Positions 55,352 to 64,000 of a stretch of DNA of 64,000 bases are shown one piece after another. The notes beneath the pieces are model-generated. The model was not told the DNA's origin, made no database searches, and saw nothing but the letters and a program-made list of their open reading frames with translations. The stretch is from the NCBI GenBank assembly GCA_031371785.1, contig JANMKC010000010.1, positions 389 to 64,388 of the forward strand, given 5' to 3'. The stretch's first letter is position 1. Every line of letters begins with the position of its first letter. A program made the position numbers and the translations under genes. This stretch comes from Flavobacteriales bacterium. Lineage in GTDB: Bacteria; Bacteroidota; Bacteroidia; Flavobacteriales_F; PHOS-HE28.

Positions 55352-56000
55352 TCAGGGCTTGATGCCCACCAGCTTGCCGTCGCGCATCACCCACACCTTG
55401 GTACCGTGCATCTTGGCGATACGGCGCGCTTCCTTGGCGGCGCGCTTCAAGGCCAGGGTGATCTCTTGGACCTTTTTGCTCGGCTTCTTTGTGCTCATGG
55501 ATGGAGCGTCGCCTGAAGTGTCATAGACCGTGTGCTCATCCGCCAGTGCGCAATAGTCCTTTTCGAAGTTGGACCATCCACGCTTGAAACGCCGCAGCAC
55601 ATCCGCCCTCGGTACGTTGTGCCCGCCTTGGGCCACACGCGACGCGATCCGCTTCATGCAGATCTCCGGCGAGTCCAACTTAAAGAACACGATCTCGATG
55701 CGGTAGCCCATCGCCTTCCACCGCTTGAACAGTTCGAGGTAGGTGCGGCCGCTCAATGTGCTCTCCAATGCGAAGGATTCCTTGGCAGCCGCAAGGCGTT
55801 CAAGTTCTTCGAGAAGGATCCGGCCAGCCGCTCGTAAAGCACGTTCCGGTTTCAATGGCGAAAGGCCTGCGGCGATGAAGTCCGCGTTGATGAAGTTCTC
55901 GATGCCCGCGAACTGCAGGAGGTAGCTCTTCGCGAACGTCGTCTTGCCTGCGCCGTTCGGACCGGCGATGATGATGCATGTGGGGTTGTGGCATCGTCAT
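55352..56000 (-). pseudogene. Zeta-toxin/COG4185-like P-loop kinase, interrupted by a +1 frameshift near codon 7; C-terminal antitoxin-like extension
   Basis: ATG at 56000 gives MTMPQP, then the frame is lost in the run of four C (plus gggg 55982-55985). Shifting one base gives TCIIIAGPNGAGKTTFAKSYLL..FALESTLSGR..GGHNVPRADVLRRF. Confidence 0.7.
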
Positions 56001-56689
56001 TTCACCTTCACCCGAATGCCGGCCAATGCTTGGAGTTCACCTCTTTCAACGATACGGATGTCAGAGATCTCCACTACATCATTGATCTGGACTTGTTGCA
56101 GCGCCTCCTTGATCTCGGTGGGCAACGATCCGGCTCGGCTCTCTCCGGAAAAAACAGTGGTGCAATCACGCACAATCGATACTCGGTAGTGCTTCATTTC
56201 TGGACGTTCATACTGGTAGCCCATATCGTCCAGGCGTTGGGCCACATACTTAGCGAATACGCCTGCGCCAGCTTTCACATCCGATATCCCGATCACTGTG
56301 TCGCTATAGCATACGCCGGCGTAGAACGGGACAGGCAGTGGCAGAGGTCTAACCCAGAACTCGCGACTGGCCGAGTACATCTTCCCGTGTTGTTCCCATT
56401 TGACAGTCAAGAACAGGAGGGCGCCCGTTGAAGACGGTGTAACAGAATATGAGCACCCAGAACCCTTCCCCGTTCCTTGTGACACGGAAATGTTCAGGGC
56501 AGCACAATCAACTCCAGGCACAGCGACTTCCAATGGATTCTCAATGCCGCAATAGAGAAAATCCCAGTTGTGGTGGGTCGGTGAGACGACCACGGAGACC
56601 TGGCCTGGATCGGTCTCTTGTGCTTGCAGCACGCTAGGTAGCAGCACCTGCAAGCACAGACCTACTTGGATACAATGTCTTGCGAACAT
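55997..56689 (-). CDS. Secreted GldM-C-terminal-like domain protein
   Basis: Signal MFARHCIQVGLCLQVLLPSVLQAQ; FLYCGIENPLEVAVPGV and FWVRPLPLPVPFYAG resemble GldM repeat domains (from memory). Confidence 0.5.
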   Translation of the reverse strand: MFARHCIQVGLCLQVLLPSVLQAQETDPGQVSVVVSPTHHNWDFLYCGIENPLEVAVPGVDCAALNISVSQGTGKGSGCSYSVTPSSTGALLFLTVKWEQHGKMYSASREFWVRPLPLPVPFYAGVCYSDTVIGISDVKAGAGVFAKYVAQRLDDMGYQYERPEMKHYRVSIVRDCTTVFSGESRAGSLPTEIKEALQQVQINDVVEISDIRIVERGELQALAGIRVKVK

Positions 56690-56722
56690 GGAAAAGATCC
56701 CACACGTACTGTCAAAAGCGAC

Positions 56723-58666
56723 TTAGGCACTGGCGCTCACCTTCTTCGCCCCCTTCTGCGGCAGCATCTCCTTCACCGCTGCCACGAGCGCCACATCATC
56801 AAAGCCGCACTCCGCATAGAGTTCCTTCTGCGAGCCGTGCTCGATGAAATGGTCCGGGATGCCGAGGCGTTTCACTTGCGCGTGGTAGCCATTGTCCGCC
56901 ATGAACTCCAGCACGGCGCTGCCCATGCCGCCCTGGATGCAACCATCCTCGATGGTGATCACATGCTTGAACTTGCTGAAGACTTCGTGCAACAACATCT
57001 CGTCGATCGGCTTCGCGAAGCGCATGTCATAGTGCGCGACTGAATAGCCTTCGGCCTGCAATGCGTCGATCCCCTTCGCGGCGATGTTCCCGATGTGCCC
57101 AATGCTCAATACCGCAATGTCATTGCCTGAACGCACTTTTCGTCCAGTACCGATGCTGATCTCCTTGAAGGGCGTCTTCCATTCGGTCATAACGCCTTCG
57201 CCGCGCGGGTAACGGATGCTGAACGGGCCGCAGTCGCGCAATTGCGCAGTGTACATCAGGTTGCGCAATTCCTCCTCGTTCATCGGTGCGCTCACGATCA
57301 TGTTCGGGATGCACCTGAAGTAGGCGATGTCGAACGCACCGTGGTGCGTGGGACCATCCGCACCGGCGAGACCGCCGCGATCGAGGCAGAAGATCACGTG
57401 GAGTTTCTGCAAGGCCACATCGTGCACCACTTGATCATACGCGCGTTGCATGAACGAACTGTAGATGTTGCAGAACGGGATCATGCCCTGCGTCGCAAGA
57501 CCAGCGGAGAACGTCACGGCGTGCTGCTCGGCGATGCCCACGTCGAACGCGCGATCGGGCATCGCCTTCATCATGATGTTGAGCGAGGAGCCTGTTGGCA
57601 TCGCGGGCGTGATGCCGACGATCTTCTCGTTCTTTTCTGCAAGCTCCACGATCGTGTGGCCGAACACATCCTGGTACTTCGGCGGCTGTGGACTTTTCGG
57701 CACCACCTTGATGATCTCGCCGGTCTCTTTGTTGAAGAGGCCCGGTGCGTGCCAAACCGTTGGGCTGCCCGCCTCCGCAGGTGCGTACCCCTTGCCCTTC
57801 ACGGTGATCGCGTGCAAGAGTTTAGGGCCGGGGATGTCGCGCAGGTCCTTCATCACCTTCACCAAGCGCTCCACGTCGTGGCCATCCACCGGACCGAAGT
57901 AGCGGAACTTGAGGCTCTCGAAAAGATTGCTCTGTTTCAGCAGCGCGGTCTTCAATGCGGCGTCGAATTTCTGCGCGATGGCCTGCGCGTTCGGACCGAA
58001 CTTGCTGATCTTGCCCAGGATCTTCCACACGTCGTCCTTCACCTTGTTGTAGGTGTGGCTCGTGGTGATGTCCGTCAAGTATTCCTTCAGCGCACCGACG
58101 TTCGGGTCGATGCTCATGCAGTTGTCATTGAGCACTACGAGCAGATCGCTGTTCGCTGTGCCGCCGTGGTTGAGCGCTTCGAAGGCCATGCCTGCGGTCA
58201 TCGCGCCATCGCCGATCACCGCCACCACCTGCCGGTTCTTCTCGTGCTTCAGTTTGCTGGCCACTGCCATGCCGAGCGCGCCGCCGACGGAAGTCGAACT
58301 GTGCCCCACACCGAACGTGTCGTACTCGCTCTCGCTGCGTTTCGGGAAACCGCTGAGGCCTTTGTACAGGCGATTGGTGTGGAAGATCTCGCGTCTCCCT
58401 GTCAGGATCTTGTGGCCATACGCTTGATGGCCCACGTCCCACACGAGCTGGTCATATGGCGTGTTGAAGACGTAGTGCAATGCGACGGTGAGCTCCACCA
58501 CGCCGAGGCTCGCGCCGAAGTGGCCGCCCTTCACGCTCACCATGTCGATGATGAAATCGCGAAGCTCAGTACATACCTGGTCGAGCTGGTTCTCGTTGAG
58601 CTTGCGCAGATCCGCGGGGAACTCGATGCGTTCCAATAATGGATAACGGTGCGGCTGATCGCTCAT
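56723..58666 (-). CDS. dxs: 1-deoxy-D-xylulose-5-phosphate synthase
   Basis: Start trimmed to MSDQPHRYPLLERI; GGHFGASLG, GDGAMTAGMAFEALNH, transketolase-like C-terminal half. Confidence 0.95.
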   Translation of the reverse strand: MSDQPHRYPLLERIEFPADLRKLNENQLDQVCTELRDFIIDMVSVKGGHFGASLGVVELTVALHYVFNTPYDQLVWDVGHQAYGHKILTGRREIFHTNRLYKGLSGFPKRSESEYDTFGVGHSSTSVGGALGMAVASKLKHEKNRQVVAVIGDGAMTAGMAFEALNHGGTANSDLLVVLNDNCMSIDPNVGALKEYLTDITTSHTYNKVKDDVWKILGKISKFGPNAQAIAQKFDAALKTALLKQSNLFESLKFRYFGPVDGHDVERLVKVMKDLRDIPGPKLLHAITVKGKGYAPAEAGSPTVWHAPGLFNKETGEIIKVVPKSPQPPKYQDVFGHTIVELAEKNEKIVGITPAMPTGSSLNIMMKAMPDRAFDVGIAEQHAVTFSAGLATQGMIPFCNIYSSFMQRAYDQVVHDVALQKLHVIFCLDRGGLAGADGPTHHGAFDIAYFRCIPNMIVSAPMNEEELRNLMYTAQLRDCGPFSIRYPRGEGVMTEWKTPFKEISIGTGRKVRSGNDIAVLSIGHIGNIAAKGIDALQAEGYSVAHYDMRFAKPIDEMLLHEVFSKFKHVITIEDGCIQGGMGSAVLEFMADNGYHAQVKRLGIPDHFIEHGSQKELYAECGFDDVALVAAVKEMLPQKGAKKVSASA

Positions 58667-58687
58667 GCGGGGTGGTGCGCGGTAGAA

Positions 58688-58695
58688 CAAAAGTA
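58688..58695 (-). promoter_or_regulatory. Candidate TAnnTTTG -7 box for dxs
   Basis: Minus strand reads tacttttg, ending 21 nt upstream of the dxs ATG. Confidence 0.4.
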
Positions 58696-58818
58696 GATAA
58701 GCGCGGGTTCGCGGGAAGCAACGCAGCCTTGGTAGTTGTTCGTGTACGGCGGTTGATCAGGCGACCCCTACCTTTCGCGGAAGCGATCCGTTATCGCACA
58801 TTCAACCCCCACCCCCAC

Positions 58819-59505
58819 ATGCGCATTTCTACACGTCTTTTCCTCAGCCCCCTTCCGCTTTGCATCGCGCTTGCCGCCAACGCACAGGGCAGCCAGGTGG
58901 ATTGCAACAATGTATCGCTCGCGTTCAGTTCGTGGTATGTCGGCCCGTCGTTCCCGGTCCTCACGGACACCATCCACTATGTGGACCCGATGCTGATCGC
59001 CTACCCGCAAGCGGAACTGATCCTGCTGGACCAGAGCATCATCACCGTTGTGGGGTCGCCGCCGGTCCAAACTCTGCTCCAGTACCCGGACTATTCCACC
59101 ATGGACCTGTCATACGATCTCCAATTCGTAACCACTGATTTCAGCGATCCGACCTTCGTTCCAGCGCTGGTGCATCTGTTCCATGTCGTTTCCCCAGGCG
59201 ATTCGGATGTCACCTGTTACATGCCTTTGGAGATCGTGCTGATCGGCGGCACGGCTGGGATCGATGAGTACGCGAACACCGGGGTCATGATGTGGCCGAT
59301 CCCCGTTGTGGACGAATTGCATTTTCGTAGCGTTGCGCCTTTGCGTTCCGTTGAGGTCATCGCGGCCGATGGGCGCATGATGCTGCGGAGCGCGATCAGT
59401 GGAGATGAAACGCTGATCGATCCCACACCATTACCCTGCGGAGTTTTCGTTGCGGTGATCACAACGGACAAGGGTGTCGTGCGGCGCCGGTTCCTGAAAA
59501 ACTGA
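58819..59505 (+). CDS. Hypothetical secreted protein with T9SS C-terminal domain
   Basis: Start trimmed to MRISTRLFLSPLPLCIALAANAQ; CTD MMWPIPVVDELHFRS...GVFVAVITTDKG. Confidence 0.6.
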   Translation: MRISTRLFLSPLPLCIALAANAQGSQVDCNNVSLAFSSWYVGPSFPVLTDTIHYVDPMLIAYPQAELILLDQSIITVVGSPPVQTLLQYPDYSTMDLSYDLQFVTTDFSDPTFVPALVHLFHVVSPGDSDVTCYMPLEIVLIGGTAGIDEYANTGVMMWPIPVVDELHFRSVAPLRSVEVIAADGRMMLRSAISGDETLIDPTPLPCGVFVAVITTDKGVVRRRFLKN

Positions 59506-59599
59506 TCGCTTGTAGTTGCGAGGCATGATGATTGACGAACCCGTGCGGATCAAACCAGTGCATGACCGCATCGTCCAACCGGTCCGAACCCGATCAACC

Positions 59600-60547
59600 A
59601 TGAGAACGCTGCTTCTTCTTTCGCTCTGCCTCTTGCTCTCTGCCCCCCACTTGCGAGCGCAGGATGTTGCCGTGCCGGACAGCACAGGTTTGCCCGGCGA
59701 CAACTTCAGCCTGCAAGGTGCCTTGGAACTGTTCAAGAATTCCCCCGATCTGGAAAGCTTCGAGAAGGCGTTGAACACCGAGACCAACAAGGTGAACAAC
59801 CTGGACCTCGATCAGAACGGCGACATCGACTACGTGCGCGTGATGGACCATGTGGAAGGGGATGCGCATGCGATCGCATTGCAGGTGGCCATCTCGGCGA
59901 CCGAAACGCAGGATGTGGCCGTGATCGAACTGGAGAAGACAGCCGCTGACAAGGCGATCGTGCAGATCCGCGGTGACGAGGACATGTACGGAGCGGAAAC
60001 GATCATGGAACCCAGCGACCAGAAGGAGGAAGTGAAGGACACCAAAGGACCGGCGGCCCCTGAGCTTGTGGATACATGGGTGGAAGTGAACGTGTGGGGC
60101 TGGCCTGGTGTGCAATGGTGTTTCGGCACCGGCTTCATGCTGTGGGAATCACCATGGTATTGGGATTACTATCCTCCGTGGTGGAGACCTTGGCGGCATT
60201 GTGGCTGGCACACATGGTGGGGCTATACCTACCACTATCATCACTGGTACCATCCCGCTTACGGTTGTCGCGTGGTGCATGCGCACCAGGTGTATGTGCA
60301 GCACAGGAGATCAAGCCCGGTGGTACATGAACGCTATGAAAGGGCACGGCAGCAGCACGCCGCGACGCGCCCCATGGAGAGGCCCGCGAACGAACGGCCG
60401 ATGAACAAAGGCAAGGGCGTGAAGAACCCACGACCCACCCATGTTCAAAGGCCACCTGCCAGAACATCCCCCACCGCACGACCCGCGAAAGGAAACGGCC
60501 GCACCGGGCGTCCGGCACAAGGTGGAAAGGCGAAGCCTTCGCGTTGA
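59600..60547 (+). CDS. Hypothetical secreted protein with Trp/Tyr/His-rich segment and basic Pro-rich tail
   Basis: Start trimmed to MRTLLLLSLCLLLSAPHLRAQ; WESPWYWDYYPPWWRPWRHCGWHTWWGYTYHYHHWYHPAYGC. Confidence 0.55.
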   Translation: MRTLLLLSLCLLLSAPHLRAQDVAVPDSTGLPGDNFSLQGALELFKNSPDLESFEKALNTETNKVNNLDLDQNGDIDYVRVMDHVEGDAHAIALQVAISATETQDVAVIELEKTAADKAIVQIRGDEDMYGAETIMEPSDQKEEVKDTKGPAAPELVDTWVEVNVWGWPGVQWCFGTGFMLWESPWYWDYYPPWWRPWRHCGWHTWWGYTYHYHHWYHPAYGCRVVHAHQVYVQHRRSSPVVHERYERARQQHAATRPMERPANERPMNKGKGVKNPRPTHVQRPPARTSPTARPAKGNGRTGRPAQGGKAKPSR

Positions 60548-60607
60548 TCGCTGAGGCAACCACAGACCGGCAATGTTGGGTCATGCAGGTGATCCAACTT
60601 CGCCGGA

Positions 60608-62200
60608 ATGAACCAACAGTCCCTTGCCGTTCTCGCGTCATTGACGCTGGTACACAGCACCGTGCTGCACGCGCAATCCGTCAACTGGTTGCATAGTGCG
60701 ACCGTGGCTTATCAATTGAACCCTGACCTCATCAAGCATTTGGTGAGCCCCGCTCCCGATGGCGCGGTGAACATCGCCCGGATGGACAGCGTCACACAAC
60801 CCTACGGCGTCGATGCTTACGGCCGGTACGTGATCGAGCTCCGGAATATGCAAGGCCTCGTCCAATGGAGCATTCCGCTGCGCGATAAAGTGCTCGTGCA
60901 AAGCATGGCCACCGATCCCGATGGGGTCGTCTATGTCGGTGGAATGTTCATGGAGGACATGGCGGTGGAGGAAGACACGTTGCTCGTTGCCGGAGGGCAG
61001 TTCGACACGCATCCGTTCCTGATGGCGATCGACAACACCGGGCACTTGTTCTGGCTGCGCGATCTGTACCCCGATTATCCGAACGCGTCCATGATCCCCT
61101 TCATCAACGTGGACCCCAACCACCTCGGATGGTACAGTGTGGGCGATTTCCTCACGACTTCGCTCGTTGAATTCAACGGTGTAGGGCAGGACCTGCAAAC
61201 GCGTGTGATCGAGGGCGCGAAGCTGATCGGTGGTTTCGACTTCGATCCGCAGAACAACATGTTCGTCTCCGGCTCAACCGGCAGCGGCCCGCCGTTCACC
61301 TTCGGAGGGCAGAGCTGGACGGTGACGGAGAGCTACGCGATGTTCGTGTTGCGCATGGACCCCGCGGGAAATGCGAACTGGGTGCATTTCATGCACGACC
61401 AGACCTTTCAGCGGCCTTGTGTGGTGGCCGATGAGAATGGCAATGCGTTCGTTTCAGGCGAATTGCTCGACAGCGCCTCTTTTGGAGGCATACACTTCCA
61501 TGGCCCGGATTGGATCTATGACATGTTCATCACCAAGGTGGATGGCGAAGGGAACTTCCTCTGGGGCGCGGAGAGCGCACCTCCTGGCGGGCCACTGACC
61601 GGCGACTTCGAGCGTAGCGCAGGAACGTGCGTGGCCACGGGACCGGGCGGTCGCGCTTATCTGCTGGGCCGCGTCCGTGGATCAGTGGACTGGGGCAATG
61701 GCGTAGTGCCCAATATCATCACATTAGGTGCAAGCGCGGAGTCGGTCGTGTGCTTCGATGCCGATGGCACAGCCCGGTGGCAGGTGGTGGGCCAGATCAC
61801 GGGCTATGCTTCTCCTCAAAGCATTTGTGTCGATGCGGAGGGCGTGATCCATTGCGGCACGCACGCCAGCGGTGCGTTCGAACTCGGCGGCATCACCGTG
61901 GATGCTGGTGGACAACAAGCGGCTATCGCCCAATTGCAGGACGACCTGAACACCGGCGTGACCGATCTCCGATCAACAACGGGACTTGTCGCCTTTCCTA
62001 ACCCGGCGCACGGAACGATCAACGTGATGAACCATGCCGATCGGACATTCGCAGCGGAACTGATCGATGCCCAAGGTCGATGCCTGCGATCGCTCCGGCT
62101 ATCGAACGGCATGAACACGATCGATCTCACAGGTCTCGATGCAGGGATCTACATGCTGCATCGCATGGACGGCGCATCGGTGCGCGTGGTGAAGGAGTAA
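60608..62200 (+). CDS. Secreted beta-propeller-like protein with T9SS C-terminal domain
   Basis: Signal MNQQSLAVLASLTLVHSTVLHAQ; CTD LVAFPNPAHGTINVMN...GIYMLHRMDG. Confidence 0.65.
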   Translation: MNQQSLAVLASLTLVHSTVLHAQSVNWLHSATVAYQLNPDLIKHLVSPAPDGAVNIARMDSVTQPYGVDAYGRYVIELRNMQGLVQWSIPLRDKVLVQSMATDPDGVVYVGGMFMEDMAVEEDTLLVAGGQFDTHPFLMAIDNTGHLFWLRDLYPDYPNASMIPFINVDPNHLGWYSVGDFLTTSLVEFNGVGQDLQTRVIEGAKLIGGFDFDPQNNMFVSGSTGSGPPFTFGGQSWTVTESYAMFVLRMDPAGNANWVHFMHDQTFQRPCVVADENGNAFVSGELLDSASFGGIHFHGPDWIYDMFITKVDGEGNFLWGAESAPPGGPLTGDFERSAGTCVATGPGGRAYLLGRVRGSVDWGNGVVPNIITLGASAESVVCFDADGTARWQVVGQITGYASPQSICVDAEGVIHCGTHASGAFELGGITVDAGGQQAAIAQLQDDLNTGVTDLRSTTGLVAFPNPAHGTINVMNHADRTFAAELIDAQGRCLRSLRLSNGMNTIDLTGLDAGIYMLHRMDGASVRVVKE

Positions 62201-62203
62201 GGA

Positions 62204-63244
62204 TCACTTCTTCAGGAACGCATCCCAACCTTGCGCCGTGAGCGGGTGCAAACCATTCTGCTTGTCCACTAGGTGCATGCCCTCGGATGCATTCGTCATG
62301 TGCCCGATCACGGTGAGGTCCGGGTTGCCCTTGATCTTGTCGTAGTCGCCTTGCGCAATGGTGAAGAGCAACTCGTAATCCTCGCCACCGCTCAGCGCGC
62401 ATACAGTAGGATCGAGCTCGAAGTCGCGCGCGGTCTGGTAGGTTGAAGGATCGATCGGCAACTTTTCGTCGTACAGTTTCACACCGGTAGTGCTGCGCCT
62501 GCACAAATGGATCGTTTCGCTCGCCAATCCGTCGCTGATGTCGATCATGCTCGTGGGCCGCACATCGAGCTTCTTCAACAGATCGATGATGTCCTTGCGC
62601 GCTTCCGGCTTCAGTTGGCGTTGGATGATGTAGTCGTGACCAGTGAGATCCGGCTGCGCACCGGTGTCTTCGAACACGGCCTTCTCGCGCTTGAGGATCT
62701 GCAGGCCCATGTAGGCACCACCAAGATCACCGCTCACCACCAGGAGATCGTTCTCCTTCGCACCGCCGCGATAGATGATGTCCTCCTTCTTCGCCGCGCC
62801 GATGGCCGTGATGCTGATCACCAATCCCTTGTTGCTCGCACAGGTATCGCCGCCCACCAGATCGACCCCGTACTGTCCGCACGCGAGCAGCATGCCTTCG
62901 TACAGCTCATCGATCGCTTCCACCGGAAAACGATTGCTGATCGCGAGCGCCACCAGCACCTGTCGCGGTTGTGCGTTCATCGCATACACATCGCTCAGGT
63001 TCACCACGATGCTCTTGTAGCCGAGATGCTTCAGCGGCACATAGCCCAGATCGAAATGGATGCCTTCCACCAGCATGTCAGTGGTTACCACTTGATGCAG
63101 TCCTTGCGGGTCGATGACGGCAGCATCATCCCCAATGCCCTTGATGGTACTTGGCTGTGCGATCGCCACACGCGAAGCGATGCGTTCAATAAGACCGAAT
63201 TCGCCAAGGGCGGACAGTTCAGTACGGGCGGTTTCTTCTGACAT
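62204..63244 (-). CDS. thiL: Thiamine-monophosphate kinase
   Basis: Start trimmed to MSEETARTELSALGEFGLIERI; GIGDDAAVI, AIR-synthase-like fold motifs. Confidence 0.88.
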   Translation of the reverse strand: MSEETARTELSALGEFGLIERIASRVAIAQPSTIKGIGDDAAVIDPQGLHQVVTTDMLVEGIHFDLGYVPLKHLGYKSIVVNLSDVYAMNAQPRQVLVALAISNRFPVEAIDELYEGMLLACGQYGVDLVGGDTCASNKGLVISITAIGAAKKEDIIYRGGAKENDLLVVSGDLGGAYMGLQILKREKAVFEDTGAQPDLTGHDYIIQRQLKPEARKDIIDLLKKLDVRPTSMIDISDGLASETIHLCRRSTTGVKLYDEKLPIDPSTYQTARDFELDPTVCALSGGEDYELLFTIAQGDYDKIKGNPDLTVIGHMTNASEGMHLVDKQNGLHPLTAQGWDAFLKK

Positions 63245-63410
63245 CCTTGAGTCTTCTTTCTTTCGACTTGCGAGCGAACAAGCCGCGAAACTATCCTCTT
63301 CCTCCGCGAACCACGGCTGCACTTCGGTGTTCACCCCATCAGCGCTGCCTCCCGCGTGCTACCTTTGGCCTCCGCTTCGTTTAGACACATTCTAAATAAG
63401 CGAATGAGCC

Positions 63411-63737
63411 ATGATCAAGGTCAGCGAGAACGCCAAGTCCGAAGTCGCCAAACTGCTAGGTATGGAAGGCCGTGGCCCGAACCATTTCGTCCGTGTAGGT
63501 GTGAAAGGCGGTGGTTGCTCCGGCCTCATGTACGACCTGGACTTCGACGACCAGATGAAGGACGGCGACAAGGTTTTCGAGGACAACGGAGTGAAAGTGG
63601 TGGTGGACAAGAAGAGCCTGCTCTATCTGCTCGGCACCACGCTCGATTTCAGCGGCGGCCTCAATGGCAAGGGCTTCCAGTTCATCAATCCGAACGCGAG
63701 CCGGACCTGCGGGTGCGGGGAGAGCTTCTCGATCTGA
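63411..63737 (+). CDS. A-type iron-sulfur cluster carrier (IscA/SufA/ErpA family)
   Basis: 108 aa, GGGCSG and C-terminal CGCGESF motifs; upstream of sufB. Confidence 0.9.
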   Translation: MIKVSENAKSEVAKLLGMEGRGPNHFVRVGVKGGGCSGLMYDLDFDDQMKDGDKVFEDNGVKVVVDKKSLLYLLGTTLDFSGGLNGKGFQFINPNASRTCGCGESFSI

Positions 63738-63739
63738 AG

Positions 63740-63863
63740 AACGCAGAGTCGCTGAGACGCAAAGGAGCGCAGAGAAAATGATGAAGACCCAACACATGGC
63801 AGCAAGTACGAAACGCAGAGGAACAATCCCTCAGCGTCCTCCGCGTCTTTGCGCCTCTGCGTT
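63740..63863. repeat. REP-like imperfect palindromic element (aacgcagag ... ctctgcgtt family), copy 2
   Basis: aacgcagag at 63740-63748 and ctctgcgtt at 63855-63863; shares gcgcctctgcgtt with copy 1; internal acgcagag-like units. Confidence 0.7.
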
Positions 63864-63876
63864 TTGCATTTGAGCC

Positions 63877-64000
63877 ATGGCCCAGGACACCGACGATATC
63901 CTCCGCGAGGTCACCTCGAAAGAGTATGCCTACGGCTTCGTCACGGACATCGAGAGCGAGAAGGCGGCGAAGGGGCTGAACGAGGACATCGTGCGCTTCA
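63877..64000 (+). CDS. sufB: Fe-S cluster assembly protein SufB (5' part; continues past the window; absent from ORF track)
   Basis: Own translation MAQDTDDILREVTSKEYAYGFVTDIESEKAAKGLNEDIVRF matches the SufB N-terminal pattern. Confidence 0.8.
   Translation, partial: MAQDTDDILREVTSKEYAYGFVTDIESEKAAKGLNEDIVRF

Noticed and set aside
55800-56000. 66-aa ORF (MTMPQPHMHHHRRSERRRQ...) as an independent small gene
   Set aside because: It is the out-of-frame read-through of the frameshifted kinase N-terminus. Shifting one base gives a canonical P-loop.

Overview
GC-rich Bacteroidota-type chromosome segment: at least eight proteins carry T9SS C-terminal sorting domains, an alternative complex III operon is present, and several genes are preceded by TAnnTTTG-type promoter boxes. 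Layout: (1) 1-14.7 kb, a copper/heavy-metal island. An 11-gene co-directional minus-strand array runs from a Met-rich multicopper oxidase to a second HYC_CC_PP-like protein. It includes HMA-DUF3347, DUF2231, CPMHP-type metal-binding proteins, a CopB-type P1B ATPase, an MbnP-like lipoprotein and a TylF-like methyltransferase. A plus-strand operon of T9SS-exported thioredoxin-like and cupredoxin proteins follows. (2) 14.9-25.5 kb, two TonB-dependent receptors, an MFS permease, an outer-membrane barrel and a BNR protein. (3) 25.8-37.7 kb, core respiration: actABCDEF plus cytochrome c oxidase subunits II and I. (4) 37.8-49.2 kb, accessory surface and glycan genes: a PQQ-type dehydrogenase, an LRR protein, a GT-C-like membrane protein, a GT4 fusion and GH130. 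(5) 49.6-64 kb, rimP-nusA-infB, dxs, thiL, an A-type Fe-S carrier and sufB. The most unusual signal is at the infB stop. A 143-bp copy of the infB 3' end, differing from the functional copy only by synonymous or conservative changes, brackets a 1.0-kb two-gene cassette. The cassette encodes a TM-anchored helical protein translationally coupled to a gamma-glutamylcyclotransferase-like protein and has no integrase. A second islet, lower in GC, lies between dxs and rimP. It holds a GldM-like protein and a frameshifted zeta/COG4185-like kinase with an antitoxin-like tail. Several long low-complexity hairpin and REP-like intergenic elements and one nested-hairpin element are also present. No rRNA, tRNA or CRISPR array was seen. 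All calls rest on reading the sequence and recalled family motifs; no searches were run.
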